DNA of 55,364 nucleotides. It comes from Leptolyngbyaceae cyanobacterium (GTDB taxonomy: Bacteria; Cyanobacteriota; Cyanobacteriia; Phormidesmidales; Phormidesmidaceae). Below, piece after piece: positions 54,337 through 55,364 of the stretch (the first letter of the stretch is position 1; every line of letters begins with the position of its first letter). Location: contig CBDHHL010000013.1 in the NCBI GenBank assembly GCA_965263355.1, positions 1 through 55,364 of the forward strand, in the 5' to 3' direction. The position numbers and the translations under genes were made by a program. The notes below the pieces were generated by a model. The model had not been told where the DNA came from. It made no database searches and saw only the letters and a list, made by a program, of their open reading frames with translations.

Positions 54337-54549
54337 TTAATTCAACTCACTAAGTTCAAACGCGAAACCATCATTTACCCTATACTTGATTAGCTCGGGC
54401 TCTCCCGTTGTGCCTGCGGCCACGTCAGCAACGTACAAATACCATTCGCCATCACTATAGATAGCGTCAATCTGCCAAGATTGACAATGGAAGTAAGTGG
54501 CAGCTGCACGGGTGATGCAGTCTTTTAACTCAGGTGTATTATCCATCAT
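54337..54549 (-). CDS. Hypothetical protein
   Basis: Overlaps the upstream gene end. Confidence 0.65.
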   Translation of the reverse strand: MMDNTPELKDCITRAAATYFHCQSWQIDAIYSDGEWYLYVADVAAGTTGEPELIKYRVNDGFAFELSELN

Positions 54550-54817
54550 CCTTACAGGTATCTATAGGTTTTTGCAGTAATGCACCCAGGCGCGTTGGAG
54601 CAAGTGCAAAAACAACGACCGGCTCAGGCTCTAAATCCCCTGGCTGTCCATAGGACAGTTCAACCCAGGATTCATATCCATATTCGCCGTCTGTATCAGG
54701 TACATTTTCCCAGTCTTTATCGGCCACAAGCCGTTCAATACTGGAAATTATTGAATCGATATGACTTTCTGAAGAAAAATATTGTCTTGCTTCCAAGACT
54801 AATGATTGAGCAGTCAT
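54539..54817 (-). CDS. Hypothetical protein
   Basis: AAGGAG RBS. Confidence 0.7.
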   Translation of the reverse strand: MTAQSLVLEARQYFSSESHIDSIISSIERLVADKDWENVPDTDGEYGYESWVELSYGQPGDLEPEPVVVFALAPTRLGALLQKPIDTCKDDG

Positions 54818-54863
54818 GTTTTTTCGGCTCCTTGCCTTGCCTTAACTACTTTAACAATAACCT

Positions 54864-55067
54864 CTAGAGGTTATTGTCGTCAATGGGAACTTTAACTTTT
54901 TTTGAGATGACTAGCTCCCCTTTCCATATTTTCGTCAAGAAAACTCCTAGACTTGGCTGCCCATTGTAGAGGCAGCCAAGGTTTCTAAGTACTTCTTTTA
55001 AGTCTTCTCTAGCCTTAATTGGCAGTGAACACCCCCACTGCCCGACATCTAATCTTTTTCTTGGCAT
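54864..55067 (-). CDS. Small basic protein, possible ribbon-helix-helix
   Basis: MPRKRL....WGCSLPIKAREDLKEVL..LG. Confidence 0.6.
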   Translation of the reverse strand: MPRKRLDVGQWGCSLPIKAREDLKEVLRNLGCLYNGQPSLGVFLTKIWKGELVISKKVKVPIDDNNL

Positions 55068-55142
55068 TGGTCTTTATCTTCTAAAGGTTATAGCCCACCC
55101 TAGCACAGTTTAACTTGCGTTGTTGAAGACCCCTCTTCCAAC

Positions 55143-55173
55143 AAAAAACCGCTACTCGTGAAAGCAGCGGTTT
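55143..55173 (-). terminator. Intrinsic terminator
   Basis: AAACCGCT...AGCGGTTT with a T tract on the minus strand. Confidence 0.7.
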
Positions 55174-55191
55174 CGTGGTTTGTATTGTCAA

Positions 55192-55364
55192 TCAAGTTAA
55201 AACCTTAAGGTACCTCCCCGTTGGCTCTCCGCTTTTCAGTGTTCCCTCAGGGAAGTCTGGCAACGGCATTTCATCAGGGGGCTGAAACATGCCATTACGA
55301 CGCCTGCCGAGATATTCTCCTGTTTTAGGATCGAACTGATAACCCAGCTTACGAGCTAATTCGT
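55192..55364 (-). CDS. 3' end of a gene entering from the right edge
   Basis: Open frame ELARKLGYQFDPKTGEYLGRRRNG...YLKVLT*. Confidence 0.65.
   Translation of the reverse strand, partial: ELARKLGYQFDPKTGEYLGRRRNGMFQPPDEMPLPDFPEGTLKSGEPTGRYLKVLT

Larger units (their letters stand above)
1..55364. mobile_element. Temperate tailed cyanophage / prophage segment (siphovirus-like)
   Basis: TerS/TerL, portal, scaffold, major capsid, tail tube, frameshifted tail chaperones and tape measure; many small early ORFs; HIP1 enrichment; no host housekeeping genes. Confidence 0.93.

Overview
A 55 kb piece of a temperate siphovirus-like cyanophage or prophage. About 20 HIP1 octamers (GCGATCGC, counted by eye) point to a cyanobacterial host. 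From left to right: two DNA methyltransferases (one running off the left edge, one interrupted by a UGA-containing 5-nt insert right after DPPYG); small accessory and regulatory genes; an intact IS607-family element (serine recombinase + TnpB) inserted at a GG inside a zinc-ribbon gene; Rha/antirepressor genes; a PAS-sensor / T4-type-holin-like / beta-helix cassette; about 10 kb of Gly-, Ig- and FN3-rich virion appendage genes; and a minus-strand head module (MCP, scaffold, MuF-like, adaptor, portal, TerL, TerS). Next come a divergent ParB + radical SAM + two QVGNGG-tagged proteins operon, a non-coding 28-bp inverted-repeat site, an early region of repeated operator/promoter/terminator cassettes with a ~390-nt structured non-coding RNA, and a plus-strand neck/tail module (tail tube, -1 frameshifted chaperones, tape measure, tail proteins). 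No integrase, replication genes, recognisable endolysin, tRNA or CRISPR array was seen. Best candidates for undescribed biology: the PAS-gated holin cassette, the large ncRNA, the radical SAM/QVGNGG system and possible recoding in the methyltransferase. Family calls come from motif recognition by eye, not database searches.
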